Shown here: one piece after another, positions 62,351 through 64,000 of the stretch
Numbering within the stretch: position 1 is the stretch's first letter
Layout: each line of letters starts with the position of its first letter
NCBI GenBank assembly: GCA_035629025.1
Contig: DASPIU010000059.1
Coordinates: 93,299-157,298 of the forward strand
DNA: 64,000 bases
Reading direction: 5' to 3'
Source: Stenotrophomonas sp.
GTDB taxonomy: Bacteria > Pseudomonadota > Gammaproteobacteria > Xanthomonadales > Xanthomonadaceae
Position numbers and translations under genes: made by a program
The notes under the pieces: model-generated
What the model saw: the letters and a program-made list of their open reading frames with translations, nothing else
Database searches by the model: none
What the model was told of the DNA's origin: nothing

Positions 62351-62851
62351 TTACCGCGAGAACGACCAGGACTGCATGCGGCCGTCGCGGTACGGCATCA
62401 CGCCGTGGAACGGCCGCGGGTCGGCGTCGAAGACCAGGGGCAGGAAGTGGCGGTCGCCTTCCCACATCGGCAATCCGTGCAGGCGGTCCAGGGCGACCCA
62501 TTCCAGGGTGCCTTCGGGGTTGGATTGCAGGGTCTGCCCGCTGTAGCGATCGATGACGAAGACAAAGCCCAGCCAGTCCTCGCCGTGCTTGCCGAAGCCC
62601 GGCCAGCTGACCGTGCCGCGCAGGCGCATGGCCTCGCATTCGATGCCGGCTTCCTCGCGCAGCTCGCGACGCATGCAGGCCATCACGTCTTCGTCCGGTT
62701 CCACCTTGCCGCCCAAGCCGTTGTACTTGCCCAGGTGGTGGTCGCCAGGGCGGGCATTGCGGTGGACCATCAGGACCTGCGAGCCGTCGGCTGAAAGCAC
62801 GTAGCCGAGGGTGGCGACGATCGGGGTGTAGGGCATGAGGCGGCGAGGCAT
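62351..62851 (-). CDS. NUDIX hydrolase
   Basis: Nudix box GGKVEPDEDVMACMRRELREEAGI. Confidence 0.82.
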   Translation of the reverse strand: MPRRLMPYTPIVATLGYVLSADGSQVLMVHRNARPGDHHLGKYNGLGGKVEPDEDVMACMRRELREEAGIECEAMRLRGTVSWPGFGKHGEDWLGFVFVIDRYSGQTLQSNPEGTLEWVALDRLHGLPMWEGDRHFLPLVFDADPRPFHGVMPYRDGRMQSWSFSR

Positions 62852-62900
62852 GGGACAGAAAGGGCGGCAGTATGCCGCATCGCCCGCCAGCGGTTGCCGC

Positions 62901-63392
62901 TCAGTCGGCCGGGACCGCCGCCAGATCCGGGGTGGCCGGGCGCAGGCGGGCCACGCCGTGGCCGCGTTCGGCCAGGTATTCCAGCCACTTGCCGAGGAAG
63001 GTGTTCATCCGCATGCGGTGGCTGATCAGCTCGGCCGGCGGGGGGTACAGGCCCATCACGTCCTGCCAGCGGCGCCCCACATAGCAGTGGGTGGTCTCGG
63101 CCTGGCGGGCGTCACGGTAGACGCGCACGTAGGCCGATGGATCCGGCTCGCCGGTGACCGGGTCGCACAGGTCGTAGGTCAGGCGCAGCTCCACCGTGTA
63201 GGGGTGTTGCTCCAGCACTTCCAGGCGCAGGTCCAGGCCGTCGCCGACGCTGGAAATGTAGCTGCCGGCGGCCAGATCGGCCGGGGCAAACAGGCGCGTG
63301 AGATGGACGTAGTTCTCCGCGTACAGGCCCATCAGCCAGCCGAAGCGGCTCAGGCGGGGGATGCGTTCGTGGCGTGCCGGGGCGTACTGCAT
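62901..63392 (-). CDS. DUF1249 (YqiB-like) protein
   Basis: LMGLYAENYVHLTRL...LEVLEQHPYTVELRLTY...VRVYRDARQAE is typical of DUF1249, which is often adjacent to a NUDIX gene. Confidence 0.72.
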   Translation of the reverse strand: MQYAPARHERIPRLSRFGWLMGLYAENYVHLTRLFAPADLAAGSYISSVGDGLDLRLEVLEQHPYTVELRLTYDLCDPVTGEPDPSAYVRVYRDARQAETTHCYVGRRWQDVMGLYPPPAELISHRMRMNTFLGKWLEYLAERGHGVARLRPATPDLAAVPAD

Positions 63393-63491
63393 GCGCCGAT
63401 GCTACACGCTGCGCCGCGCCGTGGGCAGAATTGAAAACCGCCCTGCCCGTCCCAATCTGAAGGGCGCGGCGTCGGTGCCCGCCCCACCCGC

Positions 63492-64000
63492 TCAGAACAT
63501 TTCGCGCTGCAGGCCAAAGGTGCTGAGCACCTTGCTGGAGATTTCCTCGATCGAGGTATGCGTCGTGCTCAGCGTGGGAATGCGCTCGAGCTGGAACATG
63601 CGCTCGGCGGCGGCCACTTCGCGCCGGCAGGTCTCCAGCGCCGCATAGCGCGAATTGGGCCGACGCTCCTGGCGGATCTGCTGCAGACGGTCCGGATCGA
63701 TGGTCAGCCCGAACAGCTTGCGCCGGTAGGCGCGCAGCCGCGGCGGCAGATGCTCGGACTCCAGATCCTCATCGGTCAGCGGGTAATTGGCCGCCTTCAC
63801 CCCGTAATGCAGGGCCAGGTAGATGCAGGTCGGGGTCTTGCCGGCGCGCGACACGGCCACCAGGATCACGTCGGCCTCGTCGTAGTTCAGGGCCACGCCG
63901 TCGTCGTGGCTGAGGGCGAAGTTCATCGCGTTGATGCGGCGATGGTAGGTCTCGAAGTCGACCATGCCGTGCGCCTGGCCCACCCGCGAGTGGCGCGGAC
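63492..64000 (-). CDS. ppsR: PEP synthase regulatory protein (pyruvate, water dikinase kinase/phosphorylase), N-terminus beyond the window
   Basis: [12 protein letters not shown]-loop [39 protein letters not shown]. The frame stays open upstream of the track's GTG (63983) to the window end. Confidence 0.88.
   Translation of the reverse strand, partial: PRHSRVGQAHGMVDFETYHRRINAMNFALSHDDGVALNYDEADVILVAVSRAGKTPTCIYLALHYGVKAANYPLTDEDLESEHLPPRLRAYRRKLFGLTIDPDRLQQIRQERRPNSRYAALETCRREVAAAERMFQLERIPTLSTTHTSIEEISSKVLSTFGLQREMF

Noticed and set aside
1-64000. Search for CRISPR arrays, IS elements, integrases, prophage or known defence-system genes
   Set aside because: I saw no regularly spaced direct repeats, no transposase-, integrase- or recombinase-like ORFs, and no ATPase/nuclease pairs typical of defence islands. 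The only accessory-looking DNA is the 0.9-kb HicA-like cassette.

Overview
Very GC-rich chromosomal segment (by eye about two thirds or more G+C, with third codon positions nearly saturated). Gene content and synteny look like a Xanthomonadaceae/Lysobacterales genome. I call about 50 protein genes and one tRNA-Leu(CAA). I see no rRNA, CRISPR array, transposase, integrase or phage genes.

Gene content, left to right:
- 1-2.7 kb: a multicopper oxidase translationally coupled to an outer-membrane beta-barrel protein.
- 2.7-9.3 kb: small membrane and lipoprotein genes, an M14 carboxypeptidase, a CorA/ZntB-type channel and poxB.
- 9.4-22.8 kb and 27.5-40.2 kb: a two-part glucuronoxylan utilisation (CUT-type) locus. 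It carries a TonB-dependent receptor, a GPH symporter, GH43 (two copies), GH2, GH10, GH3, GH67, an acetylesterase, exuT, uxaC, uxuB, an enolase-type mannonate dehydratase and a LacI-type XylR. Near-perfect TGGTAGCGCTACCA palindromes are visible in the DNA.
- 22.9-27.4 kb: an insert between the two halves with an HPP protein, an NTF2-like protein, a non-haem haloperoxidase-type hydrolase, a peroxiredoxin, a DsbA-like protein and a low-GC two-gene HicA-like/HTH cassette.
- 40.5-48.2 kb: a phytase-like esterase, then a LacI-FucP-fructokinase-AGE-GH47 operon with a perfect 14-bp operator.
- 48.4-54.9 kb: two modules, each a single-domain response regulator plus a PAS histidine kinase, flanking tRNA-Leu.
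- 55-64 kb: tex, a class III PHA synthase cluster (pssA-phaE-phaC-PspC-HExxH protein), bdhA, NUDIX, DUF1249 and partial ppsR.

I did not find a clear multi-gene undescribed system. The observations most worth a second look are:
- the Cys-rich HicA-like/HTH cassette with a palindrome on its own -35;
- a GGCTTGACCT-type inverted-repeat motif present three times in 1.7 kb of intergenic DNA;
- a trio of DnaA-box-like 9-mers in a convergent intergenic gap;
- an orphan perfect XylR box where no promoter is expected.

The many very long ORFs antisense to real genes are treated as GC-driven shadow ORFs. All functional calls come from reading motifs in the translations by eye. No database search was run.
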